A DNA stretch of 64,000 nt from Lytechinus pictus (Eukaryota), in contig NC_087251.1 in assembly GCF_037042905.1 (NCBI RefSeq), positions 34,846,001 to 34,910,000 of the forward strand. The letters are read 5' to 3'. The notes under the pieces were generated by a model, which was not told where the DNA came from, did not search any database, and saw nothing but the letters and a program-made list of their open reading frames with translations. The translations under genes were made by a program, and so were the position numbers. How positions within the stretch are numbered: the stretch's first letter is position 1; every line of letters starts with the position of its first letter. Of this stretch, positions 41,189 through 55,120 are shown piece by piece.

Positions 41189-42277
41189 CAAAAGAACACA
41201 TATTTATATTACAACACCATTCATCAACTCTAGATAAAATTGATTGACTGACTACCTTCCTATTTTTTTGGGTTAAAATATACATTATACAAATAGTTTT
41301 GTTTTTGCTTTCCAAATGACGATGACATCAACCTCGAGCCAAACCATCTAAATCCATATTGGCAACCATGTTTACTAAAGCTTTTCTTTGTCATAATTCA
41401 CTCCTATTTGTTTGTATTTATCATGTATGGTTAACCATGCACTTCAGCTGCTTGCTAAATCCCTAAATGCCATTTGTTCACATAACATGGTTCCACCTTT
41501 AGGCCTATATTTGATAAAGAAAGTCACTGATCAATATTGATTTTGAATGCATGACAAGACAATTACTGCTTTTCCGGGTAATCTCCTTATTACATTGATT
41601 TTAATTTATGAAGATGCAAGGATGGTGACGTATGCAGGCCTATGACTATGTAATTATCCTCTGGATAGATTTAGTCACTTATCCATTAAATCACAATTCT
41701 TAATCATGTAGAAAATATGCTGTTGAGGTGTTTTCAACCATCATGAGCAAAGTGGTTTCCACAGGAACTGCAATTTCATCATTAACTATAATTGAATTTG
41801 CTGTTATTGCAACAAATTTTAGCTTGTCACTGCTGATTTGCCATTTTTTCTTTCTGCAAGTAAGACGCATGAATGATCACATGACTGTTTTGACACCTCT
41901 TTGATGCTCCGAATGGCCAATTGATATTGCTAGACCCATCATGAAATTTTGACCCAGATTTTCTCAGTTTACTATGCACTTGACCAACCGACCTCTTGCC
42001 ACGTTCCTGTTTTTATCTTGTCTTTAAATTTCTGTTAGATGCAAGAGACGACTTCCTTTCCAATTTTTAATTCATTTCACCTTGATAATATTTTGTATTG
42101 TATATCATACATGCAGGATTTGTTGTTTTCGGATAATGGTGGAACATTGGATTTTTTGCACTTGTCACATGATAAAATGACATGTAATTAGGTTATAAAA
42201 ATGTGAACAAAGCACAATAAACGATATGAAATGGAAGTCACCACAAGCTACAGTGATAGCCTGTAGCTTCCCCTGTG

Positions 42278-42480
42278 ACTGGCCACACAGAAACGTTGTT
42301 AGCCAAACAGAGCGCTAACAGCAAGCCCTGTCACATCTTTCGGATTGTGTAGTCAAAACAGTTATTTCAGTGTGTAAGTAATGCATTGTTGTAACATTAG
42401 GCATCGCTTCCACATTACTGGTGGTAACAGGGCCTCTGTTAGTGCAGTTTTAGCGCTAACAATGTTTCTGTGCGGTCAGT
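42278..42480. mobile_element. Degenerate palindromic MITE
   Basis: actggccacacagaaacgttgttagc pairs with gctaacaatgtttctgtgcggtcagt. Confidence 0.65.
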
Positions 42481-43471
42481 ACAGTTCTCTTCTTCATCCT
42501 CTCTAATATGGACAATAAAAAAGAAATTGTCATGTAGCTGTAATTTTGGATTGATGATTGCGCCTTCCAGTTCCACAAGACCAAATGTAACACCAACAGC
42601 CTCACAAGTGCCTGGTGTAAAGCCACTGTAGAGATAGCATTGCTACCCGCCATTCAAAGGAAAATGTCTAATTGCTTCTTAGCTTGCCCATACTACGGCT
42701 GCTGCTGTCTGTCATTGGTTGGAGGTGGAACAGTCACATATATAACTGACAGACCAAGTGCATAGGCCAGTCGACCCAGTCCTTGAATGGATATAGGCCT
42801 ACATATCAATTAAGCACCCCGGGATATTGGGTGGCAGTCCGAGTTCTGAATACCTGAAAATTAAGAAGCGATTAGATGAATGGTGCATCATCTGCCCCAA
42901 TGTATCATGGTTCTATGTTTACTACGAGTGTTTCAAAGGGTGGGTGCCATCATGATCCGTAGTGTCATAGCCCCAGCGATGCTATATTGGTATCAGTGGA
43001 GGACATTGCCCTATAAAGGCCTGTTGAATCTTCCCTGATGACATCAGTCTCAAGTGTTTTGATGAACGGGCACAGAGTTACCAGCCCTTACTACCAATAC
43101 AACGTATTGTTTTTGTATGTATACTGCAGACATGTTCAAACCAAAGAAGTAAAGAAGTGCTCAGAAATGTGCAGTCATCAACTTCCTTCTTTGGTGGGGG
43201 AAGGGGGGGGGGGGCTTTATTGTGATTTGGCAGATATGTATCATTTGTCATAAGCAACCATTTGTTTACAGTCTATATATTTCTTCTGGGAAATAAAGCC
43301 AACAGTAGTGTGAAAGATAATTGTATTAGCAGTTCTGATGTGGGCTCCATAATGTCCCCTGGTGATTTTTAACAGTCATCCAGCATGTGCTGCTGAGTTC
43401 TTGAATAAAAATTGAACATCTGCAAGAATTATGTTTCTCTAGATTGGTTATAAAACATCACAGTCATTCTA

Positions 43472-43881
43472 GGCAGTGCTGCACCAGCCCGAGTTTGCTC
43501 AATCTCGAGATTTTAGATCGATCAGCCCTCTTCGCGATTAATCTCTAGATTAAAAAAACCCATCTCCACCAGCGAAAGGACAGCAATTCGTGCTGGAGCG
43601 AGGCATCCATGAAATATGGGCTGACGCCCTGAATAAATAATCCCGCGTCGAATTTTGAGTGCGTCTGCACCTGCGAATTTGTGGGATAATTTGTAAATAG
43701 CATGCTATTTTGTAAATAATTCTTAAGTTGACTTCGGATTTCAAGCTCGAGATTAATCCAGCGAACTATCACGATGATTGCGTCTCCATAACAAATAACC
43801 TTGAGATCGTTCAGATCGGGATAATTTGCCAGATCAGAAATAGCACGATTATTTGAAAACTCGGGCTGGTGCAGACGGCCC
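43472..43881 (+). mobile_element. MITE, copy A (inverted homolog at 48434-48832)
   Basis: TIR ctgcaccagcccgagttt / aaactcgggctggtgcag; likely 3-bp TSD (CTA or TAG). Confidence 0.85.
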
Positions 43882-44255
43882 TAGTTTGGCAATATATATT
43901 TCTAGTCAATGCAAGGCCATGTCAAAAGTCATTCTCTTTCTTCAAAGCTCTACTGATTACGATTTGGGAAGTTGAAGAGACGAAAGAGCTATTCACAGTC
44001 ATGACTAGTTTCAAAAACCATTTTATCTTTGGTGTACTATATTTTTATTTTTATTTACTATCCTTTCCAAAAATATTTTTTTGATCCATTTGAACTGTAA
44101 GATCTGAATACATTGTCATGACAGTAGTGACCTTTTGTAGGAAGCATAAATATAAGTAAATCAAATTACTTTTGACGAGATGTCGTAGCCTGGAGTTTCC
44201 GTCTTTACAGTCCCACAGCTCCCAATTAGAGAGAATTTTGTCTTTGGAAATATAA

Positions 44256-45010
44256 GGGTGCATTTATGCGCCACTTTTTAACCCTAGAATCATGATTTGA
44301 ATCGTGATTCAAATCACGATTCTGCAGAATCACGATTACGTTTAGTCAAAAGTGAAAATAAACGTCTTTCAAATCACAAACATGAAACGCGGAAAAAGGG
44401 GCGTTTGGGAAGACATTTCTGTAGAATCACGAGCGAAAAAGGTTGTATAAACGCAATCGTGATTTGAATCATGATTCTATGATGTCACTGTGTTGGGCTG
44501 CTTCCTGTTTGACTCTTGCCAAGCTCAAGGCATGTGCTACGCATGTTTTTCTGTGTTAGTTATCGCATCGTCTACTGTTTTTTTTTTTTTTGTCATGGCT
44601 TTAACTGCAAGTTCTAGTAAATTAACTAACTGGACAGACAATGATCTCAGTTGTTGAGTTTACAATGTCAATATTAAATTGGATTACGCTGAAATTCACT
44701 TCGAACACCATTTTCAATAAACTGACAAGATAAATAAAAGTAAACAAAATGAGGTATAATAGACTGAATATTGGAAGCCAAAGATTGATTTTTCGAGAGC
44801 CGAGACACGTGCGAAAAGTTGACCTATACTTCTTGGGTCTGCGCACTGTGATGTGCACTTGAGCGGCCCGAATCAGAGGAGAAACGGCATTAGAATGAAG
44901 GTAGTCTAAACGCTGATTCTGTAGTATTGTGATTCATGTTTGTGTTTTGAATCATGATTCAGATCATCATTCAAATCGTGATTCTGGCTTGAGGTCGCAT
45001 AAACGCAGCC
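44256..45010 (+). mobile_element. PIF/Harbinger-like MITE, copy 2
   Basis: Same termini as the 40212 copy; TAA TSD (44253-44255 and 45011-45013). Confidence 0.85.
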
Positions 45011-46187
45011 TAAGTCATGCTAGTCCGAGACTCGTTGAGAAGAACTGAGGATAGAAACTGGTCATTAACTTGACTGTGAAGTGGTATGGTGTCTCTGGCT
45101 TATGTCTGGAGAAGGTCAAGTGTATCTCCACATGTCACTTGGGAAAAAAAAAATGGCTGTTAAACCCAAGATAAAGAAAGAACCCTTTATAACTTGATGT
45201 TAGTTTTGATCAGTAAATTGTGTGAAGCTGAAAATGTCAAGGGATACTATAAAACCCGATACTTGGGAACCCCATCAGTGGGCCAGGTTTTCTATATTTT
45301 CATGCTGAGAAGTTATGGTTTTTTACTATCCCCATCTATGCCTAGAGGTATGTGTCTTTGCATTAGCTTCCTTTGTCGGATTTAATTTGGTTTAGTAGCA
45401 AATTGCTACATTGCTGGTTCATAATCTGTTGAATGTGTTCTTTACTTTCCAAAAAGAAAACATATTGATAGAGTGCTCAACACCTGTCGATCACAAAGAA
45501 ATAATTTACAATAATGTGTCCGGTGTCTTGGAAGGATTTGGAGGCATGACCCTGGTAGCAATTAGGAGAATGTTGGAGTCCTACCCCCTGACCATAGACC
45601 ACAGCCATTACCAATTATAACTCTGGAGTGTGAAGGCCCACTTTACTGGAACTCTACTTTCCCCAAGGCATTACAAGAAAAAAATCACTTTCATGTTACC
45701 CCTCGGTTATCAGAAATGATCTACATTGTATCATGACCATAGTAGTTGGTGCAGAAGAAGTTTTACAGTAGGGTGTGGTTTATTGAAGACACGATTAGGC
45801 TTAGACACAGACATATCTGATGGTATTCACCGTTGACAAGTCCGGAAAATATTGGGTTATTGTTAGTGTAAAGGGAGTCGGTAGTCTAATGGATATGATT
45901 GATTGTATCATAAACTGTAGTTGACCCCGTGTAACCCCTGAGCCATTATGGCAGTGCTCCAGGATCAGCAGAAGAAACGGACAGATTTCATGTGCATGCT
46001 ATGAGACTGACTGAAATGCTACACAGGCTTCAGCTTCACTCTATCTTTATAGGCTATAGCCTTTATTTAGTTCATGGATCGGTCATGAACAAAATATTGT
46101 TACTTTCAGGTAGATCTTTATCGAATCCTAAAAAGCCTTATCCCCAATAGGATGATTTAATATGATAAAAGACATCTGCACAGTTAC

Positions 46188-46420
46188 CGGTGTGTTGGCT
46201 CAGTTGGTAGAGCGTCGGTTCAAACCCCGGCCGCGTCAGACCAAAAGACGTTAAAGATGGTAGTTGCTGCTACCCTGTTTGGCGTTCAATGATTAAAGGG
46301 ATATAGCCTCGTCGATCTGGCGCTGCACAGCGGCTGCCGGGCCCACGATCGTTTGGGCAAAGCAAATTTTCGGAGTATTTCATTTCATGTCTATTTCGAA
46401 CAATAAAATATGGATTTTTA
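46188..46420 (+). mobile_element. tRNA-derived SINE (internally deleted head)
   Basis: A box TGGCTCAGTTGG and B box GGTTCAAACCC are abnormally close, followed by a CpG-rich body and an AT-rich tail. Confidence 0.7.
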
Positions 46421-47339
46421 ATTTACATACATTTTCCTTATTTGTGGTTATTAATAGATTGAATCATCTATTTAGTTTGCCTCCTGTTCAGAAAGAAAAA
46501 CAAATGTGCTTGCATATTCGGTTTGTAGCAAATCAAAGTCAATAAAGGTTTGTTTATCAGGAAGTATTTACACAGAAATCATGTGGAAATTTATTCCCAC
46601 AGAAACAGGAAACAACCTTTATTTTGGCAATTTGAGGAACTGCAAATATTAGAACTGGAACTTATGAAGTAAAAAACAAATCTCTGCATTCATAATTATC
46701 CAGCAACCACTGCATGATCTTGTTGTACACAAGCCATACTGTACACAAACAAAACAGCAATGTTTAAACTGTTCAGGAGAGAGCTGTTTGCATTTATATT
46801 CCAGCGGTTTCAGGCTCAATTTCTCTTTTCATTTGTACAGAACTAATGTGGCATTACGTAGTGTGCGATCTCATTATGAAGCAGTGTAGCATTTATGCCT
46901 CTCTTTTAACTTGCGAGTAGAATGCACAAGTTATGCATCCCCATTCCAGTTCTACATGCCAGAGCTATTATTCTGCTATCAATATAATACTAATACTTAT
47001 TGCTTTATAAGCATGTGATGTTTTCTTTGACTTTTGTAAGTTGCGAGAATAAATAGTGAATTATTTTTTAGCTTGAGTTGAAGTTTAAAAGTTCAAAAGA
47101 TATTTTTGTTTTTAATGCTAGCCTAGATTACGAGTTGAAGATAGCATTAGCGAAAAAGAAAAGAAAGATAATGTCTCTAGGAAACTAATGAGTAATATGT
47201 TAATTGTAAATAAACTACTTGCAGTAATTGGAATCCAATTTTGTTGCTATATCAGGCAAGGATTTTATGCCAAGAAAAAAATTAGAAAAGCATATACTGG
47301 TATATAAGAACTTTTGAGCTGTTTTATCCTATAATCATT

Positions 47340-47781
47340 GACCCCATTCTCATTACACTTTCTAAAACTAGTTAACTGGAAACCGGTTCAGGAAACCAGT
47401 TTGGAAGATTGCTTTGCTAGCGCTCCCATTTGATCACCCGAAAGTGGTTTTCAAAATCACTTCACGTAAAGCGATCTTGTTGCTGTGGAAATACTCTCAG
47501 TGGGATGTGAAGTTTTGCGCGAAATTCAAAACCGCAGCGTAGGCATTGTACACACAAGTGTGTGGAGTAGCGCGCTCAAATTGTGCGAAGATCGCTTCCG
47601 GAAGAATGGTTGTGTCCTCACTTATGCTAGAACCAGTTTAAAGAGGCAAAGGGCTCTTGAAAACTACATCGTGAGGTGGTTTTTATGAACCAGTTTGGAA
47701 GATCGCTTCCAAGATTGCCTCTACCGTTCTCATTACATGTTAAACTAGTTTTAGGAAGGTACATGTAGTAAGAATGGTGTC
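47340..47781. mobile_element. MITE
   Basis: TIR gaccccattctcattacactttctaaaactagtt / aactagttttaggaagg...taagaatggtgtc; internal aaccagtttggaagat repeats. Confidence 0.75.
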
Positions 47782-48433
47782 AATGTAAGATGTAGGCCTG
47801 AGCCTTATCTGTTTGAAATATATGGAAGGCCTACAACTACATTATTAAAAACCTGAAGTGAAATGATTGTTGACTTTGGTTGAGCTGGTACATTCCACAT
47901 GATTAGGCAGTAGTGGGTTACAACATACACCCAAGTGCAATGTACATGATTAATTGACAAGGACACTGGTAATGTTTACTGCCAACAATCGTCATACCCT
48001 TTTAAAGATATGAATCATTCATGCCTGATTATATCATTTTAATCCGGTGTTATACATGTAACCCTTCGCTCTTTAATTCAATTTTTACCTCTCTCTTAGG
48101 CTCTGAATTGCATGTGGGTAAATGGGAGGGGATCGGGGGGGTTCAGCCGCAGACTTTCATATTTGTTGTTTGTTTCTCTCTACTCTTACTAATCAGCACT
48201 TAATTGAAAAAATATATAGCTTGTTTTTGTTTTGTTTCTTCTAGCCATCTGTAGATAAGATGCCTTACCTACCCCCTTCTCAAATACCCCCTGACTGCAT
48301 AGTGAATAAATAGGCCTATATTTACAATTTAAAATGTCAGACATGCATTGAAGATACCATCTTTAACGAAAGGCCAGGTAAAACTTGCATGAACAGTTCC
48401 CCCCATTTCGTGCATCCTGTGATATTCATATAA

Positions 48434-48832
48434 GGGACGTCTGCACCATCCCGAGTTTTCAAATTAGCGAGCTATTTCTGATCTGACAAATTATCCCGAT
48501 CTGAACAATCTCGAGATTATTTGCAATGGAGTCGCAATTATCGCGCTAGTTCGTAGGATTAATCTCGAGATTGCAATCCCAAGTCAACTTGGGATTATTT
48601 GCAAAATAGCGCGCTATTTTACGAATTATCGCGCTAATTCGTAGGTGCAGAAGCACTCGGGATTATTTATTCACGGCGTCAGACCATTGTGCATCGATGC
48701 CTCGCTCGAGCAGGAATCGCCCTTCTTGCGATGGTGGAGACAGGGTTTCTTGAATCTCGAGATTAATCGCGAAGAGGGCCGATCGGGCTAAAATCTCGAG
48801 ATAGAGCAAACTCGGGATGGTACAGCACCGCC
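48434..48832 (-). mobile_element. MITE, copy B (inverted relative to 43472-43881)
   Basis: Reverse-complement similarity throughout, for example gattaatcgcgaagagggc versus gccctcttcgcgattaatc. Confidence 0.85.
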
Positions 48833-50076
48833 TGTAGAGCAAGAGCCATAGGCCCTGTATTAAAATTTTGGCTCTGTTGGGTAAGAGTTCAGAAGAGAAA
48901 CTTGCACACCTGGCCGTCCAATTTCCTTATATCCTCTTGTCCCTGGAAGCGAAAGAACGCACCTCGTCCTGGCCACACTATTAATAGCTTTAACCATAGG
49001 AATGAAATAGGGATCAATTGACTGACACTCCTGCTAAACCGTTAGTGTGATAGTTACATTAGCCTCATACTGTCAAGTACCTGATTTTGTCACTAGGTTG
49101 TGGTGGTGGCGGCAATGACATCGCCAGAGAACATGAGTGAATCTTGATGTCAAACTAGATCAGACAGTCATCTGCTTCGCATCATTTGACAGCCTTCCAA
49201 ACAACTATTTCGGCTCCTCCTCCTCGTATGATAACACAGCCAGTATTTCACCTGACCTACATGTACTTCTGATGCTCATCAAACGTCTTGAAATAAATTC
49301 CATATCATATGGGAATTGTGGATATATGAATGTTAAAAGAGTCATTCACATGATATCATTCCAAACTGATATCCATAAGTTTCCATAATGATTGCTATAT
49401 AAGAGTGTGATTACTTTTGGTGTTTTATATCGCATTTCAAAAATAAAAACATTTGGGTGATTTATGTAGGCCAACATGGAACCTTTGTATCAAACTTGTT
49501 TGTTTCATCTTTTGAAGAAACTTCATTTTGCCAAATTTCAAATTGATCAATAAAAATTGAATATATTAATTTATTTGAGTTTTTTTTTTTTTCAATTTCA
49601 GTTTATTTCTCAATTCTCATAACAAAATAGAAAAATTAAAAACTACTTTTAATGGAAGAACTTGGCAATGTTTCACACTTGTCTTGATAACTACTAGTGA
49701 CTAATGATAACCGGGACATTTTGTGAAACAAAAACATAAAGCGCACATCATTTTTCTTCAGAGTTATTCTTCTGTGTGTGTGTGTAGAAATCTAGAATAC
49801 TTTGGATGTGCAGTTTGCTCCATGAGCTTCATTCATTGTTTTTCTTTTAAGTAATTCTGCAGACATTTCTTTGATGGGGCCTGTTTCCTAAAAAGTTAAA
49901 ACTATTGATTCAAATTAGTAATCTTCCATGGAAACCTTGATTGTGATTGGCTGTTGCCATGGGTAGTTGTCATCTGGGCAAAGTAACAAAAGTTGTAACT
50001 CTTTTGGGCCTCGGGTTTCACATATTCAGGAGAAGCTTCTGTGCCTGAAAAGGCTTTTTGACTGGCTTTCATCTAA

Positions 50077-50629
50077 TACCCTTTTTACACACGCTAGAAT
50101 TTCCTTAACCCCGTACTATAGGTGGGGCTAAATTGCCATTTAGCCCCACCTATAGTACGGGGTTAAGCTTAGCCCACTTTCTTTTTACACAGCATTTTTG
50201 CAAAGTGGGCTAACCCCACCTTTAGTACGGGATTATTTGGCCCTGCAAAAAAGCAGGGTTATCCCAGCAATTGCGGTGCTAAGAGCGATAGTACGGGGTT
50301 AAGATCGCTAGTGTAAAACGAAAGTGGGCTAAGCTTAACCCCGTACTATAGGTGGGGCTAAATGGCAATTTGGCCCCACCTATAGTACGGGGTTAAGGAA
50401 ATTGTAGCGTGTGTAAAATGGTACGAGTGAAGTACTTGTACTACGAATGATCGACAAAAACCACTAGTCCGGGGTTAGCGAGTTTCGTGTGTGAAAAGCA
50501 AGCATTCCTTATCCGGGGTTAGCAATAACAATTTGGCATGTGTAAAAAGGAAAAAAAATAGTACGGGGTTAAGGATAGTACGGGGTTAGTGATAGTCCGG
50601 GGTTAAGAAAATCCTGTGTAAAAAGGGTA
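50077..50629 (+). mobile_element. Young 553-bp PIF/Harbinger-like MITE, copy 1
   Basis: TIR taccctttttacac / gtgtaaaaagggta; TAA TSD; near-identical to 53481-54033. Confidence 0.9.
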
Positions 50630-50747
50630 TAACATCCCTGAATCCCAGGAAACTTTGTGACCTCTGATTGACCTGGCCATGTAAGTCAAATGGTCACATT
50701 TCCTTCCCAAGGGCCTGACTTTAGGCCAGTCACAAAGGGTTCTTTGA

Positions 50748-51164
50748 TACCCCTTTCATAAACCCAATAAAACCCAATTATGCGGCTAATAGCAGCATAA
50801 TTTGGTCGTAAAATCAGAGGAGGACAAGAGTTATCCGCATTATTCTGATGCTGCTATTATCCGCATAATAGCGGCAATCGGGACAAGATTTTGAGTTTAT
50901 GAACGTATTTCCAAATAATGCGGATAATTGCCATGGTGCGGTCACAAGGTCACCCTTTTCCAACACAACCGCATCGGAGGGGGCGTGTCCAGTTGTCATG
51001 ACGATAGTTGTCATGACGATTATCCGCCTTTTTCAGGACGGGCGCTCGTAAAAATAATGCGGATAATTTTCGGAGTTTGTGAACGCAATTTTTTATTGAA
51101 TTATCCGCATTACTCTTAGGCGGCTAATTGGAGGATAGGTTTTATTGGGTTTATGAAAGGGGTA
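50748..51164. mobile_element. MITE
   Basis: Perfect TIR tacccctttcataaacccaataaaacc / ggttttattgggtttatgaaaggggta; internal ttatccgc/gcggataa repeats. Confidence 0.85.
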
Positions 51165-53480
51165 TCAGACTGATTAAAAAAACCAAGAATAACTGAAAAA
51201 CTTTATCCATGTCAATTATAAGTAGTTTGTAATCAATATGTAGGCCTACATGTAGATGATTCTGCATATACCTGAAAATTTCTTTATGTTGATAAATAAT
51301 ATATTTTGAAGGAGTATGGCACATTGTGATTCACAAGTTGTTTTTGTGCGTATGCTAGTTGTCTTGTCAGACTTTCTCTCTATCGGGTTGTATATGCATC
51401 TGACAGATGAACCAAACTTGGCCTTTGGCCAGAAAGGGTGGAAAATTGGATCTGTGAATTAGTGTAATTATAGGGGGAGGGTAGACAAGGGCAGTATAGC
51501 AGAGCAAAACAAACCCAAAGAGCATATTTGGGTACAAAATGGGGAAAACGGAAATGGATGACACATTTGCTCAGGCATGCTATTTGTAGAAGACTTGTTT
51601 TATGTACAAGTATTTTCTGCAAGGTAACTCGAAGACACAACCAAGTAATGAACACAAATTGTGCAAGAGTGAAATAAAGGGATGCAGTAAAACAAAGTGT
51701 TAACATTTGTAAGATATTGGGATTTTTTTTTTAGCCATACCAGGATACCAATTGTGTCTGAAAAATATGAAGCAGTATTGCTTATTTGAGAGTTTACATT
51801 TGTGATTTCCCCGAGATTATTTGAGCCATTACTTCCCATGAAGATTGCAGGCGATTGATTTGCTAGAGAGTGACGTTGATCTCTTTGAACTCTTGTTGAA
51901 TCATGCTTCCTGATTGAAGCTGATGAGGTGAGATTAAAGAGACTGTCTAAAACTGCTGAATTACCCCTTGACAGATTAGCACTCTGTAAGCTATTGCTTA
52001 TATGAGAGTCTGTTCACATCAAGGTTATATTCAGACAAAATTTATACCTAGACCCAATGAACCGATACAATAATTTTAGTATTTCTTTTACATTTTACTA
52101 TTCATATGAATGATAAAATATTCCACTTTTGCAGATATTACCATATCGACCGTCCGGGTTTAAAGCAGTTCTGTACGTTCAGACAGGAAGAAAATCAGAA
52201 AAATTTGAACTATTTCATATTTCATATTTCATATTATCAGTTTTCTTTCATTTGCATCCTCAGTTTTTGGTGAATAAGCAAATTTAGAATGTAATAACTT
52301 TTATTTTACATATCATTTTGGCGAAATTATTATGCTTGTTCTTTATGTCCAAATCAGCTGTTCATTTTTTAGGGGGGATGGACTTTTCCTTTAATAATAT
52401 ATCACAATCAAAATTTATACCATGGTTGCAACTTTTAAAAAAAGTAGTTTGATAAAATGTTAAATCTTTAAAAGATTACTAGCAATACCAGTTCTCTCGT
52501 TGCACTCTCAGTATATGATACCATGCTATAGTTTGTTGAACTAATGCTTATATCTGGTCGGATTTCTGTAGGCCCTTCTGAGTCACAAATAAACTGTCTG
52601 CTGCCACTGCCATGATTTGCCTTTTAATTAATTTTTAGGACGGTGTGTTTATTTTTTGAGCGATTCCTTTCAGTCAATTTGGTGATTGCCTGGAGGATGT
52701 CTCCGTTTTCGGCAGTGTCTTTGAATGCCACGGTATGTGCGTGGTGAAGTATAAAAAGTTCTACCTTCAGCTGTACTTTATGGCATCTTGAAATATGAAA
52801 TACAGAAGTGGCTATTCTTGGATTCAGATACAAATGCAGGAAGGTGAAGCTTCCTGCCGACACATAGTCTTTTCTCAGTCTTTTCAAGATTTTTGAAGGG
52901 CATGAATGTTTGACTGGCGTTGGACACTGCTTTCCTAGCCTTTTTTCATTGAAATTTGCTCACCCTTGCTTCAAGTTTTTTCCTGTAAACTTTTTATTCC
53001 AGGTAAAGTCATAATCATGAATATCAGGCAAAACTTATGCTGTACATGTGATTTAATTGTAGGTCTAATTCCACAATACCTATTAACATTTTCTGTGAGA
53101 ATCAGGAAGTGGAATGTGGTAAAGCTGTTATGGCCTGATAATCTAGAAGGTTCACGTGTGAGGTACAGTTATTAGCCTTCCAATTTTGTCAGGTTCAGAT
53201 GCTTGATTTCGGGTCAAAGAGGAACTAGTATAAGGAATTATAGTATGTGTACGACCTCTATAAAGTATAATGGCTTTTTGATATGATAGCCTATGGTTCT
53301 ATGCAAAAATTCAGTACCTAAGGGGAATGGGTTGGGGTGTGCTAAAATACATTTCTGTAGAATGTTCAAAGAGTAGGCCTTTATTACAAGCAGAGGAGTG
53401 ATGATGTGACTGAGCAGATTGTGAGTGAGCAGATTGTGAGTGCATGTTTTTTGCCATTTTGAACTGAACTTGAACAATCT

Positions 53481-54033
53481 TACCCTTTTTACACACGCTA
53501 AAATCTCCTTAACCCCGTACTATAGGTGGGGCTAAATTGCCATTTAGCCCCACCTATAGTACGGGGTTAAGCTTAGCCCACTTTCTTTTTACACAGCATT
53601 TTTGCAAAGTGGGCTAACCCCACCTTTAGTACGGGATTATTTGGCCCTGCAAAAAAGCAGGGTTATCCCAGCAATTGCGGTGCTAAGAGCGATAGTACGG
53701 GGTTAAGATCGCTAGTGTAAAACGAAAGTGGGCTAAGCTTAACCCCGTACTATAGGTGGGGCTAAATGGCAATTTGGCCCCACCTATAGTACGGGGTTAA
53801 GGAAATTGTAGCGTGTGTAAAAAGGTACGAGTGAAGTACTTGTACTACGAATGATCGACAAAAACCACTAGTCCGGGGTTAGCGAGTTTCGTGTGTGAAA
53901 AGCAAGCATTCCTTATCCGGGGTTAGCAATCACAATTTGGCATGTGTAAAAAGGAAAAAAAATAGTACGGGGTTAAGGATAGTACGGGGTTAGCGATAGT
54001 CCGGGGCTAAGAAAATCCTGTGTAAAAAGGGTG
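53481..54033 (+). mobile_element. Young 553-bp PIF/Harbinger-like MITE, copy 2
   Basis: Same length and near-identical sequence to copy 1, but with a different TSD (TCT). Confidence 0.9.
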
Positions 54034-54835
54034 TCTGTGTACAATTTGAGATTTTTTAGTAAAAAATAATATTTATTTGAAATAGGAAATACTGGCTTTG
54101 AAGGGGGTGGGGTGATTCACCTTCTTGCATATATGTCCATTATATAACCAATGAGGATTGGGAGCCTGCTTTGAAAAAATCTGATTTAATTTGTGGAAAT
54201 AATCTTTGAAATCAGAAATTTATAATGAAGTATTCTCAGGATGGATACCAAAGAATGTGTTTTTTCTGGAATATTGTTTTGCTACCGCAGAAAATTTTCA
54301 TATTTCTCTCTCCCAAAACACTTCAACATTTTTCAAATATCACATTTTTTGCATGAATTTCAAACATGTGCGAAATCACATGCATACCTGACTACAGCTA
54401 ACCTTTCACCAAGAGGCTTATGTAGCACATACTTGGGACTCTCCACATCAAGACCTAATGGCATTTGACGAACAAAGGAAGAGAAAGCCAAATATTTAGC
54501 CCCATCTCAGTCCCACAGTCAACATAGAGCGGTTTAAATAGAAAGACCCCTGTACTTTCCTCTCTCAAATCAATGCCGTAGCGGCCAAGCCTTATAATAC
54601 TCTGTTGAAAAGTAAATACTGTGCAAAGAGCTTGGCAGATAGGCAGCTCCAGTCTTACAATCTCAGTCTTTTATTTTCATGTGTGTATGTCAATATGGAG
54701 AAATGAACGGCAAAGACGAGAGGCCGGAGACTGCCAACCATACCCACCTTCTCAAGGTGTAGCCGACTCATGCCTTTATAGCATTTGAAAGACATCAAAT
54801 GAATGCCCCAACAACTTACAAAGTTATATGTTGAA

Positions 54836-55120
54836 GTGCCGTGGTGTAGTGGTTCAGACCCTTGCCATTTAGGCAGAGAGTCGTGGGTCCTCCTGCAGGT
54901 GTTCATTCATGCAGCAAGAAATTTGCCCACATTGGCTGCAGTTGACCCGGGTGATATGAATGGGTAGCCGGTAGGATTTATTCCTAGAATGCTTTAGCTC
55001 TGATATGGTGTTAGCTCAGCTACATCCAGGGTAATAATGTGATACCAACTTACCAAGTATTAAATGCACTAGAGTTTACCGGTAGTAACTGTGTAATATA
55101 AATGAACCTTTCATTATTAA
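54836..55120 (+). mobile_element. tRNA-derived SINE (degenerate)
   Basis: A box TGGTGTAGTGG, degenerate B box region, then body ...gttgacccgggtgatatgaatgggtagccggtagg... Confidence 0.6.

Noticed and set aside
50500..50610. Telomeric or interstitial telomere repeat
   Set aside because: The GGGGTTA motifs are interspersed subterminal repeats of a TSD-bounded MITE, not tandem TTAGGG.
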